A DNA stretch of 64,000 bases from Vitrella brassicaformis CCMP3155 (GCA_001179505.1 CDMY01000283.1:62001-126000), one strand, 5' to 3'; positions 49,754 to 62,222 are shown, numbered from the stretch's first letter. Notes: a model not told the origin generated them from the letters alone. A program made the numbers and translations.

Positions 49754-52436
49754 TGTGGGGACGGGTGGATGGACTGATGGGTGTATCCACACACGGACCT
49801 CTTCGTATGAGGCAAGAAACGCCAAGAGCTCCTCCTCCTTCTGCTGCTTCTCCGCCTTCAAGCTCTGCAGCTGCTGCGTCAACTCCGCCTCCCTCTGCGC
49901 ACTCATAATCTCGGCCTCTCTCAGATTCTCCGTCAGCCGCATCTCCGTCTCCCTCTTGCTGGTCTCCAGCTCCTGCAGTGCGAGCCTCAGGTTGGTCTCG
50001 CTCTCCGAGGCCTGCTCCCTGTACTGGTTGAGGAAGGACAAGAGCTCCTCCTCTTTCCGCTGCTTGTCGGCCTCCATGGCTCTGAGCTGGGTCTTGAGGA
50101 CGTCTTCGCGCTTGGAGCTGCTGGCTTCAAGCTGTCTTAGGGAGCTGCTGAGGCGCTCTTCGTTGCGGGACTTGGATGACTCGAGGTCTTGGAGGGCTTT
50201 CTGCAGACTCTCTTCGCGCGCAGAGCTCGCCTGCAGACAGAGAGAGAGAGGGGACAGAAAGAGTGTGTGTGTGAGTGTGTGTGGGGGAAAGAGGGGGGTT
50301 TGCGAGGTAGGGTGAGTGGGTACCTCTTGGAATGACTTGAGGTATGTGGCGAATTCCTCCTCCTTCTTCTGTTTCTCGTCCTCGATGTTGGCCAGCTTCT
50401 TCCGCAGGTCGGCCTCCCTCTCTACAGACACCTGCACCCATACACACCAATCACACACGGACATGTGAGGGCACCACAAACACACACACACACACACACA
50501 CAACGACGAATGCATGGAGGCAGCCCCCACTAACCCACCCACAGGGATCAAGCGCACCCTCTGGATCTCCTGCAGCTGGCCAGTGAGCTTCCTCTCCCTC
50601 TCCGTCTTCTCCGTCTCCAGCGCCGACAGACTCTGCCGCAAGTCGGCCTCCTTGGCGGCACTCGTCTCCCGGAACTCCACAAGCTCCGCCTTGAGCGATT
50701 CCTCCTGCTGCTGCTTGGCTGACTGGAGGGCGGTCATCTGTGACTTGAGCTCCGCCTCGCGCATGGTGTTGATGCGCTGCACCTCCTTGAAGGTCTGCGT
50801 GGCCCGGAGGGACTGGGAGATCTTCATCCTGACACACACAGAGGGAGAGAGGGGGAGAGGGACATATGGGAGGGACACATTGTTCTCTCTCTGTGTGGGG
50901 AGTGGGTGTGCTCGTGCTTACTCGTTGGCTTTCCTCGACGCCTCAAGAGCCTGTATTGCCTGCTTGAGGCTCGACTCAACCACCGTCCCCCGCTCCTCGA
51001 CCTCCTTCAGGCTCGTGTTGAGCTCAGCCTCGATCCGCCGCTTGGCCTTCTCCAACGCCAGATCGCCAGACGGCGCAACAGACGCAGCAGAGGAGAGAGA
51101 GGGGGAGGGAGATGGAGGGGGCAGCCTGTAGGTCTGCTTGGCTGGCGTGCTGGGAGTGGTTGTGGCCGTCATGATCTTGGTCTCGAGCTCTTGTTTCCTG
51201 GCCTCAATGCTCTGCAGCACCGCCTCCCGCTCAGGAAGCGACGGCCGCATCTGTGGCTGGGGGAGGGGGGCCGCCTGAGGGACGATAGACGGGGCGGCTG
51301 GGGGCGCCTTGGCAGCAGGTGCAGGTGTTGCTGGTGCTGTTGGTGGTTTCTCAGCAGCCACAGCAACAGTCGTCGCATTCTGGGCCTCTTCGTCGATGCC
51401 AGTGGTGTCCTGCAGCCGCCTGAATAGCCCGAGAAGGGTCTCCCAGACGGGCCCGCCCTCGATGGGCGAAGAGCCGTGAGAGGCGACGATGCACGTGACC
51501 TCCCAGCTGCAGACGCGCTGCAGGAACACCTGGTTCCTCGCTCGGTATCGGTTGAGCACCCCCTCAACTAGCAGACCAACACGCTCATAGATGCCTGCAG
51601 GCAGCACCACCACACACACACAGAGGTGGGTCGATGAATGGGTGGTTCTGGGGTGCTCACCGATTGCTCGCGCAACGGTGCGTGTGGCGAGTTTGTCGAG
51701 GAAGGGCTGCTGTGAGATGAAGTCCTCATTGATGGTGGCGCAGAAGTCCGTCACAATGAGGGACTTGGACCGCTTGTGGAAGAACACCACCTCCCTGTAG
51801 GTCGACCCCCCATCCAGCACGGCCTGCTCGAGCGTCCGCCGCCACGTGGAGGGCACCTCGTCGGAGAGGATCTCGTTGATGCGGTAGGTGTTGTCTTGGT
51901 CTGGAGGCCGCGCTGCATACACCGGTGCGTCGGGGTATCTGTCGGCGAAGGTCTTGACGTAGATCTGGTGCTCGGGGGCGGTGTTGGCCACCACAATGCC
52001 GGCAACCTTGCCGCCCAGGCTGTTGAGCAGCCGCATGCACTCCCGCGTGGGCGCCACTGGGTTGATCACCAACAGGTCACCGCTACCTGCACACACACAA
52101 CACCACACCCACACATGTGCATCCATCCATTCACCCGCCCATCCATCCATCAGCTGACCTTCCAGCCTGACAACGACCGATCTCAGTCCAGCATTGACCC
52201 CGGCCGCCAGCAGCGGCTGCTCGAGGAAGTAGAGGCCGTCGCCTATTGATCGTAGGATGGTCTCCCGCTCGTAGAAGGGCGGCAGCGAGCTGCGGTAGTA
52301 CCTGTTGAGGTTGGTGGGCTGCACGCGCTGAGTGGCCGCCTCGGCCAGGGTGGTGAACATCTGGTTGGTGGGGTTCAGCAGGAACGTCTGCAGATTGTCC
52401 GTCTGATCTGCAATCATTGCAGACACAGACCGGCAG

Positions 52437-52470
<34 letters not shown>

Positions 52471-53008
52471 TGTGTGTGTCAACTCACTCAGCAGCTCCTT
52501 CGCACGAGTAGTGTTGACGTCGTTCTTGTCAAAAAACTCATCGATCTTGTCAAGCGTCGTCTTCGTGGCGCTGGCCAGCGCCTGGTTGATCCCCTGCTCC
52601 TCGCCAAACTTCTTAGTCGACGTCAGCATGTCCATCACCGCCCCCGCCACCTCCCGCAGCTTCCCCCCAGCAGCCGTGTTCCGGGTTGCCTCAATCGTCG
52701 CCAACGCGCCCGTCGAGAAGGCCAGCAACGGCATATCCCCGCCGCTCGCAAGCGCGATGAGCATGCCCGCCCCCGTGCCGAGGGCGGACACGGCGTATAG
52801 CTTGGACCGCATTTCTTCGGTGGTGTCGCGCGTGAAGACAGTGGGGTCGTCTGGGCTGAGGTACTCGGGGTCGAAGGCGAAGGCCTCGTCGTTCCTCCTC
52901 TCCATTTGGAAGACCCGACGCAGTGGCTTGGCCCACGAGTTGATTGGGGAGGGGGCGGGAGAGGGGGCTGGAGGAGGGGGAGAGGGAGAGGGAGGCTTGG
53001 CTGATGCC

Positions 53009-53045
<37 letters not shown>

Positions 53046-53430
53046 GTGGTTGTTGCTGCTGCGCATTGGCTGCCGTCTTGTCACCACTACTTGACGGTGA
53101 TGGTGCTGGCTCGGATGACGACCCGCCAGCCTCACTGCTGCCTTCCTCAGCTCCTTCAGAACCCTTGGCAGCCGATGAAAGAAGCGGCAAAAGAGAGTGC
53201 CGATGCCTCCTTGAAGCAGGAACAGATCCTCGATAGCCACGCCCACGCACAGGCAGCAAGATCTCCATTCGCCGGCCACCAAAGCCACCAAAGCGCGCCG
53301 AATGGATGAACAGCGCTTCTCGAAAAGGAACCATTGACCCTTGCCATGTCTGCCGCCTCTGGAGGCCGTGAATAGCGAAAACCAAAGGAAGGAGTGAGGC
53401 AAACGCCAGAAGAGCCATCACCAGCGCCAT
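48460..53430 (-). CDS. Secretory/plastid-targeted DUF4336-like (metallo-beta-lactamase-like fold) protein fused to a long repetitive coiled-coil tail
   Basis: Signal peptide MALVMALLAFASLLPLVFA, then an R/S-rich transit-like segment. DUF4336-like motifs GDLLVINPVAPTREC...LGGKVAGIVVAN..EHQIYV..FADRYPDAPVY and YREVVFFHKRSKSLIVTDF. Exons splice in frame through the E/K/L-rich repeats to the stop at 48460. Family assignment is from recalled motifs. Confidence 0.75.
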
Positions 53431-53755
53431 GCTGACTTTGCCACAGCTTCACTGGGCTCGGTTCAGCATGCAGGGAGGGGTGTGGATGGGCGAGAGTGGA
53501 CGAAACATCCGCCACAGCTGCTCGAATGCCTCGACAGATGCCGTTTGCTTCGGTTGTCGGAACGCTGAGATCTCGTTCTTGACGGGTCAGGTAGCCAGCT
53601 GCGATCAACGCCGAGGTTCAATCACGGGGTTACTCAAAAGGCGAGCTTGCACAACATACAAGCTCGCGATTGAAGGGGAGGGAGAAAAAGGCGGGAGGAG
53701 GCCTGGTGCACGCAGGCTTCCTGCTGTTCGCCCATCCACCGATTGCGAGGCAGCG

Positions 53756-54775
53756 ATGCCGAAAGTACCTGCCGGCATGGTAGACAAGGCAGGAGGCTAT
53801 GCGGCAGAAGGCGATGATGATAAGTCCGACCTCAAACGCGTCCGCGGCTGGTCCGTTATCACTGCCGGATTTTGCCTCGAGCTCATCGGGGCGGGGCTAT
53901 CCTTCCCAGTTCTCCCGTACTTCGCGCTTCAAGATCTGGGTGGCAAGGCGACTCACCTGGGGATGATGGCCGGCTTCTTCTCTCTCAGCCAGGCGGTCGG
54001 TGCAGGCGTGTTCGGCGCACTCTCGGACGCCATCGGGCGCAAGCCGCTCATTCTCAATGCGTTCGTTATTGCGGGCTGTGGATGGCTGCTGACCAGCCTT
54101 GCCCCTTCTATCAATTGGCTGATCGCCGCTCGGGGTCTGGCGGGCATCTCGGGCGGATCCATACCCTTCATGCAAGGTGAGTGAGATGGGAGAGAGGTGG
54201 GCCAGCTGCGTTGTGTCTGCGGTCTGATGGTGTTCTGTGGGGGTGTGTGTGCAGCGATCACGTGTGACATGTCTGTTGCCACTGACCGTGCGAGCATGCT
54301 TGCCCTGGTCGGTGCTTCAGTCGGCCTCGCCACCATCATCGGCCCCGCGGCCGCGGCGCTGCTCGAAGCATACCTCGGCCTCAACAGACGGCTCATTCTC
54401 GCCGCATCCGGTGGCTTCGGGCTCACGGCGTTCCTCATCGGCTACTGGTTCTTTGTCGAATCCCACCCACAGGAGCGGAGAAGGCGCCAGCAGTCGCTCT
54501 ATAACAACAATAGCAATAAGACATTGGCACCATATGACGATGCAGAGGCGGCCATCCCTCTGTGTGGCGGGAGGGGTGCCTGGGAGGGCATCAGCTGCGT
54601 GGGGGTGTCCCTGTGCTGCCTGGGGAAGCTCCTGACCATGCTGTGTTTCGCTGTGATGCCTGCCACTTACCCGGCGCTTCTGCGGGACTCCTTCGGGTTT
54701 GGAGATATTGAGCTAGGCCTTATATTATTCTTCGGAGGCGTTGTAGGAGCTATGACACAGGTGCGCTGCACACGC

Positions 54776-54806
<31 letters not shown>

Positions 54807-55476
54807 GACCCTTGCCCATGTGTGTCCGTCTCGCCCTCTCCCTCTTTGTGCAGCTGTGTGTTCTCACCCATCTGATGCACATCGCCGGCCCTCACGGCCT
54901 CGTAGTCATCGGCGCCACCCTACTCGGCTTCGGCCTGGCGCTCGAGCCGCCCCTGGCAGCAGCCCTGGGCTTCCAGGCCCACCTGATGGCCGTGCTGGCC
55001 TTCTCTGTGGGCGTGGCCATCCTGCTGCCCGGGTTCGCCAATCTCGTGTCGCTATACTCCACGGAAGCTCATCAGGGATGGGCGCAAGGTCAGAGAGAGA
55101 TGGGGATGGATGGATGGCCGACAGACGCGTCATGGTCTTGTTGTTCATGTTCATGCAGGTATCCTGAATTCATCCCGTGCGTGTGCCCTCATTCTCGGGT
55201 ACATGTGTGCGGGGGTGCTGTACGACAAGCTAGGGCCCACCTGGCCGTATCTCTTGGGCGGGGTCATGGCCCTCTGCGGCGGGGCGGCGGCATACGCCGC
55301 CCACCTCCTGGCCACCCCAGTCGTAGCTATCGAAAGCATCGAGAAGAAGAGCTCTAAGGTGCGCAGATATCCGCACCGGCAACATGAGCGTTGACACATA
55401 CGTGAGTTGTGTGTGTCAGGGTGTGGCGACGGTGGCTCGCCGCGTCATGAAGGCGCACGGGCTGTGCCGATGCTGA
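53756..55476 (+). CDS. Major facilitator superfamily transporter, TetA/DHA1-like
   Basis: MFS motif A GALSDAIGRKPLIL, motif B ARGLAGISGG, motif C-like GLATIIGPAAAA, about 12 hydrophobic segments; four GT-AG introns give an open frame. Confidence 0.85.
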
Positions 55477-56002
55477 GTCTCTCTCTGCCCTTGTCTGTCT
55501 GTCTGTCTGTCTGCCTGTCGTCGGCCATCGATCGATCCGCCATGTAGATCATAAGGAGCTGATAGTGTGTGCATATTGATTTTTCGGCTGCCTTGCTTGC
55601 TTGCTTTCGCAGAGAGATTTCTGCTTCGTGTGGGATGGATGTGTACAGCCGCATTTGTCACTGTGTGGGGCTGTTGATAGGGAGGGGGCTGGTCTAGGGC
55701 GCTTGGGCGGGGCGTGAGCCATTTGCTTGGACTGAGAGGACCTCAGCGCTGTACAGGGTCGTTGCTTCGGACAAACTCACTATCAACACAGACACAGAGA
55801 GACAATCGGTGTTCCCTCTCCCTTTCGATCGGTGTTCCCTCTCCCCCCCCCTGCCGCAATCATGCACCATACTCCCCTCCCCTGCCGCAATCATGCACCA
55901 TACTCCTGCCCCCTCCCTGTGCCCTTCAGTTCCGGTCAATTTACATCACCTGTACGGGCGAAAATCGTTGATTCCCATTTCTACTGTTTCCCCCCGATCA
56001 CG

Positions 56003-56341
56003 ATGGCGCGTTTGGGTGTCGCTTTGCTGGCCCTCCTGCTGGCCCTGTGCGGATCAATCTGCCAGTCGCAGGACACTGTGGCAGACCAGCTCCAGAGGCT
56101 TATCGGAGATCGTGACGAGGTCACGAGGTTGGCGATGGATGGATTCGACGTCATCCGGGGAGGGCGTGGCGTGCGTAGCGGCAGAGACATTGTCGGCCGC
56201 ACATCGCGTTTTGGTCCGCCTGGGGGCGGCAGGCGGCTTCAATCGGGCTTGCAAGGCTCCCTCCTGGACCACCTTCTCAGCAGACACCCAGAGATCACCC
56301 GCCGTGCGCCCTTTTCGAAGCCCTCGTCCATGTTTGGTTAA
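56003..56341 (+). CDS. Small secreted protein (112 aa), single exon
   Basis: Signal peptide MARLGVALLALLLALCGSICQS; motif DGFDVIRGG...IVGRTSRFGPPGGGRRL shared with the gene at 58550-60437. Confidence 0.7.
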   Translation: MARLGVALLALLLALCGSICQSQDTVADQLQRLIGDRDEVTRLAMDGFDVIRGGRGVRSGRDIVGRTSRFGPPGGGRRLQSGLQGSLLDHLLSRHPEITRRAPFSKPSSMFG

Positions 56342-56855
56342 AGGAGGTTGAGTCGGTAAGGATGGAAGACGAGATGAATGCTCGGCAAGCAGTTTGTTTC
56401 CCTTTTTGTTGTCTCTGCAGGAGGTCGCTGTGTGTGCTGAAGACGGCGATTGCACTCTCCCTTTCTCCGAGGAGTCTTCAACACAATGACCGCGTTTCGA
56501 ATAGAGTGGTGGGCCGCTCGCTGTTGTCGACTGTCTGCATGTATGTTTGTATTAGATGGCTATGGTGGTTCTGTGGTGGAATGCTTCTCTATCCATCATG
56601 GTCGTGAATTTGTCGTGCGTGTATTTGTGGAGAGGACGGATGAATGTTCCGTCAACCTGCATGCCTATGAAACTGAAAGGGATGCTGGCGGCCACTAGTT
56701 GCGTGTCTGCCTGACTATGAATGGACAATTGGTAGGACCGCATGATGACCTTGCGATCGATAGCATTCACGTCAATGCATCAATTGTCCCTCACACACAC
56801 GTATGTCTGTCTGTCTGTCTGTATGTCAGTCCGTCTGACTGTTCCCGCTTGGTCT

Positions 56856-57774
56856 TCACACCATCACGGCTGAGTCATCGCTCTCTGGTTCCTCCAAGGG
56901 CTGAGGCACACTTGTATCGCCATCAGCAGGGGCGGCTTGGTAGACGGGCGGCTTGTAGGAGCCGAGGAGGGAGCGATCGTCGACGCGATGTACGTCGTGG
57001 CTGGGCGAGAAAGCTGATGAGAAAGACATACGCATACATGACAGACACGACACACCACAGATGATTGAGTGGTCCATGTGTGTGCTTTGTATTGATCGAC
57101 CGTGGTGCCATTTGGTCTTCATGTCGGTCTGTGCGTCGTAGTTGAGATTGATGCAGCCACACAGGAGGATGAGCAGCGAGTTTATGGCGATCGACGCGAG
57201 ACACTTGACCACAAGCAACAGACCGCCTGCAAGCAGACAGACGCATAGACACATGCAGGCTTCTCCTTCACACACACACATTCCTTCTCCATCTACTTCC
57301 TACGGATGTCGAGGCTGATGATGAGCGCGACGGGAGCGGCCACGAGCAGGACCAGATATCCGATCACAGCCAACCTGCCAAACCATCATACCATCACATG
57401 CTTCCTTTGCATCCAACGACGTTTGCTCAATACGGTACCACGCCGGAGGCATCACGCCACCCATGTGGAACTGAAGGAGGTGACGCGATTGTGAGCGCGG
57501 AAAACCGTGAACGCCAGCAGAGGTACAGACCAGCCAGCCAGAGGCATCACACCCTGCACGACAGACACAAGCACACACACTCATGCTGATCATGCTGTTT
57601 GTTTGTTTGCTTGTCTCTCTCTGTATGTCTGCATACCGTGCACACATAGTAGATGATGACAGTAAACTGGTAGAGTGCGAGCAGAGACATGGGTTTCTTC
57701 GTCTTCTCCTCGAGCCAGGCCACGCACTCGTCACGGAGCGCACTGAGTCTCACTGACACGGTACAGGCGGACAT
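56856..57774 (-). CDS. Small multi-pass membrane protein of unknown function
   Basis: Five exons splice in frame: MSACTV...LLALYQFTVIIYYVCT | GVMPLAGWSVPLLAFTVF... | LAVIGYLVLLVAAPVALIISLDI | GLLLVVKCLASIAINSLLILLCGCI... | AFSPSHDV...SAVMV*; about four hydrophobic helices. Confidence 0.6.
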
Positions 57775-58549
57775 CGTGACTCAGAAGTCAGGGCAATCAA
57801 TCGAATCAATCAATCGTGTCTCCAGTTGTGCTTTGCTTGCTGTGCTCGGCTCGTTTGACTCACGAGTTTGTCTGTCGTTTAAACGATCGATCGATCGATC
57901 ACATTCACATGTATGTGAAATGTATGTACCTATGTACAATCGATCATGAACGCCCGATCTAACGCGTCAACGCCAAACATCTCTGTCTGTGAGTGTAGTG
58001 TGTCTCCGCACGCCGACACGGCTATCTTTTCTCAGGTGGACGAGAGACAAGCAAGCAGGGCATCCATTTAAATACATGGCACGGACACAAGACACAAGGC
58101 ACACAACGAATCAGAAGGCGCACACTAAATGCTACCTACAGGCCGTATATCCGTATGAACATCTGCAGGCTACGTTTCCCTCCATGATCGATGCCATCCA
58201 CTGAAGGCACGCAGCCACTAAGCATGCACCAATCCCAGGCATGCACTCACTGACAGGTCGACAACGGAAAAGGTCGAGTCAGAAAAGCACAACCTCTACG
58301 TGTGTACCATCCCCTACTACCCGGTTCCTTCTCTCTCCGTATGTGTGTCTATGTGACTGTCCAAAGACTTCTCGTCTAGGTCCCTCAAAAACCATCCATC
58401 CATCGACGGACCCAGGGTCATACAAAGAAAGACACATATAGATCCACGCATCCTTCCATGTACACTCTGTGCCCGATCGAGCCATCGTGTCAACGACACG
58501 ACGCCTGTACGAACAAAGCAACGGCTGGTGTGTACTCAAGACGATCGTG

Positions 58550-60437
58550 TCATGAGTCCTGCCGCGCCAAAACCCGCATCTCAAAAGGGTCGATCACATA
58601 TCGGCAGCAGTAGCTGTCAACACACCCCAGCCTCTCCGGGCATCCCACCTCGTCCACCACAGTGTAGTTCCTGCCCTCACTCGGCAACACCTGCCGACAG
58701 TCACCCTTTGCCGGCACCTCACACACGTCGCCTCTGCTCTTCGCTCCCTCTTCTTCATCTCTCAGCAGCTGTCTCTTTCGCCGCCTGTCGCCCCCAGGGC
58801 CGCCGAAAGGCGATGTGCGGCCGACGATGTTCCTGCCGCCCCGACTGCCCCCGAAGCCTCCGCCTCGGATGATGTCGAATCCATCTCTGGGCGGCCTGAC
58901 GCGGCCGCCACCTCCGATAACCCGCCGTGAGTTGTCGTCTTGGCCTCCAATGATGGGCGTGATGATGCGACTATCATCACCAGGGGCGGGGTTGAAGCCA
59001 ACTGGATGAGCGCAGCGATACACACAGCATAGTCGGGTTCTGTTGTTGGCTCGTGTCTCTGTCTTGTTGCCACTTACCGCATCTGAGTCCGGTCACTCCG
59101 CCGGTCAGTATGAAGCGACAACCATTTGTGCAGCAGTCGGACATAAACCGGCATGTGCCGCCCGTGGGGACGCATCGAGGTGTCGGGGAGACGGGCGGCT
59201 TGATGGGCACCACGATCGGCACAGGCGGCTTGACGACCGGCAGCGTGTCGTTAACTGGGGAGGTGCCATTGATGGGCTCTGTGCCGTTGATGGGCTGGGT
59301 GCCATTGATGGGAAGCGTGGCGTTTCCTGGGGAAGTATCGTTGATGGGCAGAGTGTCGTTGCCAGGGGCCGTCCCATTAATGGGCTGCGTGTCATTCACA
59401 ACGATCGGCAGACTGATGGTGTCGTCGTCATCATCATCATCGTCGTCATCGTCATCATCAACTGGCCTGATAATGATCTGCTCCGTCCCCTGCTGCTGCT
59501 GCCGCGCTGATGACATGGGCACTTCCACCGCTGTCTCCTCTTCTTCTTCTGGGCCGTGGAGACTGCCTGGCTCTTTACAGGGAGGGGATCGCACGGCTCT
59601 GCACAGCACACAAGGCAGGCCAACACAACATCACCATGTATGCTGTCGTCCACCCGTAGCTGACCTACCTGTCACGGTCGGGTCAGGTGGCGGCAGTTCC
59701 GTACTCGCCTTCACGCCCCCATCGTCTCCGTCCTCAGTCCCCATAGAGCAGGGGGGGTTGTCACAGGGAGGAGGATCCTCCCCGCCAGTGCCATCCGGCT
59801 CTCTGCACGGGGGGGAGCCACACACGTCGGTGACTGTCGGGTGGATAAACGTGATGTTGACAATGATGTCGTCAGCAGGCCCGGGGGCTGGTGCTTGTGC
59901 TGGAATATCGTCGATGGCTGTGGAGCATGGCGGCTCAGGACACACCTCCTTGTCCATAGAGCAAGGGGGATGCCCGCAGGTGTCGGTGACTTGGGGGTCG
60001 CCAACATCCTGAATGTCAGCTTCTGTCTGGTCGTCGACAGGCTCTGCACACAATACACAACACAGACGCATTCTTGAGGGCCCCGGGACTGCTGCGTCCT
60101 CCGTTGCTCACCTGGGCATATTGAGCACGTGCTCGCAATGCAATTGGCCTCGGGGTGGGTCAGGCAGTAGTTGCTCACGCCTGATACACACACACGCACA
60201 CACACACGCACACACACACACACACACAGAGAGAGAGAGATGACTGACCCTGGGGGCGTCCATGGCCTTTGTTCTGTGGCTCTCACCAGAGCAGAGTATG
60301 CCCGACTCGCACTCGCACGCCGCATCCGACTCTGTGCAGGCCGTATCCCTCTCAGTCTGAGCATCGGCAACAGCAGCAAACACTGTCAAGGCCAGCAGCA
60401 AGTGGGCGCTTGCTGCCAGCCTCAGGCCGAGCTTCAT
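58550..60437 (-). CDS. Secreted modular Cys-rich glycoprotein (wall/extracellular-matrix-like)
   Basis: Signal MKLGLRLAASAHLLLALTVFAAVADA; 8-Cys N-domain; PPC repeats; poly-Asp; nine N-x-T hexapeptide repeats; C-x6-C-x5-CC-x3-C-x12-C module; RRKR; C-terminal Cys domain. Five exons joined by phase-1 introns. Confidence 0.75.
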
Positions 60438-60571
60438 TTGTGCTGCTCGCGGTCGCGAGACGGTGCAAGATGAAGCTATCAAGGCCGGCGGCCTCTCCGC
60501 TTTGAATGCCCGTTTGTCAACGCTCAAAAAGTCTCGAACCGAAATTATAACACTGCCTAGGGGGGAGGAGG

Positions 60572-61380
60572 ATGTCCCTCTCTTCCTTTGTTGCTGCGAC
60601 GGCGGCCATCCTGCTGGTCGGCCCCTCCCTCGCACAGGACAGCAACCTCAAGAGGCCCAAGCCCCAGGGAACAGTAAGCCAAAATGGCACTCGAGCAGCA
60701 GAGTGTGAACCGACGGCAGGTGGGCATCTCTTTGCACACACACAAACACACGCCATCGCTGGCTTTGGATTCATTCGTTGGTTGCAGAGGCGTGTCGGTG
60801 CGCGGTGGGGTCTGCGTTGTGTAAGACCATTCTGCCCGAGATGGGCCTGTGCGTGCAGGGCGACAGTTGCCTAGTGCCGGCTCTCAGGTGCGAGAGGTGC
60901 AACCAAGGTGAGGAGCCCAGGTGGCCGGGTGGGCTGTTGTGGTGTGATCCAACTCTTCCTGGCTCTTTTCTCTCGGCCGCAGGGAGGAGAGGGACCTGCC
61001 TAACCCCCCTTGGTGGTTGCAACAGCATCGCCGATTGCGAGGAACCCTGTACTAGGTGCTCAGGCAACGGCCTTCTCGCCGGCCAGTGCTGTGAGCAAAC
61101 ATCCCACGCAACACGGGATCATGTGACCCATATCGCCTACGTGGCCTTGTTCTTCTTGTCTGTCTGTCGTGTGTTGTGTGTCTTCCTGTGTCTTTCTCTT
61201 CTGTCTGTCGTGTGTCCAGCTTGCCCAGCTGGCGGCTGCAACCCCGTCTTTCCCGTCCCACCCCCCGACCCTGACCCTGATGACCGTCGCGACAAGGTCA
61301 ACACGAGCAGGACAGTGCGAGACGAGTCGCCGGACGCTGAGGCCACCACACCGCCTCCAGCCGACTCGATAACGGACTGA
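60572..61380 (+). CDS. Secreted Cys-rich protein
   Basis: Signal MSLSSFVAATAAILLVGPSLA; CEPTAEACRCAVGSALC...C...C...CERC; CLTPLGGCNSIADCEEPCTRC; acidic/Pro tail; four exons with phase-1 introns. Confidence 0.7.
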
Positions 61381-62222
61381 GCAAAGATGGATCGGGATGG
61401 CTGTGCGCTTGCTACAGTATGACATGTTTGGACTGTGTGTCTAGTGAATGGGGGGAGGGTGGGGAAGGGTGGGGAATGGGGTGTCTAAAATGGCTCGCCC
61501 GAAGAGGCTGCTGAGGGAGGGGGATACGTACAAGGGATACGTACAAGGGGGAGGGAGGGGAAGTCTTTGATAGTCAGTGCGGTGCGTGTGCATGATGGCC
61601 TGCTAAACCGTCCCCAGCGAGCCTCTGACAGTTTTCCATTTCCCGGGGCTGGGGCTATCGCCCTCCTGCCTGCCTGCCTTGCTGCTTGCCTGCCTGTGTG
61701 AGTGCTGGCTGCCTTGCCTTTCTGTGCTGCTGTCCGATGACAGCTGGACGGATGGCTGTCTTTCTATCTCCTTGGCTGTCTGTGTTGCTACTCGTCCTTA
61801 CGATGAGGCTGGCTGCCCACTTTATGGGGCCTTTTCATCGACCGGTTTGTGTGCGCTGCTGTGTCCTGATTGCATATTTGCATTTGTTTGGATGTATAGT
61901 GAGTGCAGCTGGCTGCTGTGTGTCCGTCTCGAGTGAGTGTGTGAATGAGGTGAGGTCTCTACTTGATCGACTAATGCGTCGGACCCTCTTGTAGCCAATC
62001 AAAGTCTTCATGCGCGACACACACGAATGGTGTCGTCACACCCACGAGCATGATCCATTGACATGTATGTACGTCCACACACGGTGTCTGGTGTCTTTTC
62101 TCTGTGTGTCTGGAGGCACTAGCCAACCCCCACACCACATGCCCCTCCAAAGCAACCAGAAAAAGACCCCCACTCCCCTCCCTCTTGTGTGCCCGCCTGT
62201 CCGCCTGTCTGTGTGTGAGTGT

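Noticed and set aside
55805-55906. 23-bp and 31-bp tandem duplications upstream of the secreted gene (also a 14-bp duplication near 61522)
   Set aside because: Two-copy slippage events with no spacers; not CRISPR, and no evidence of function.
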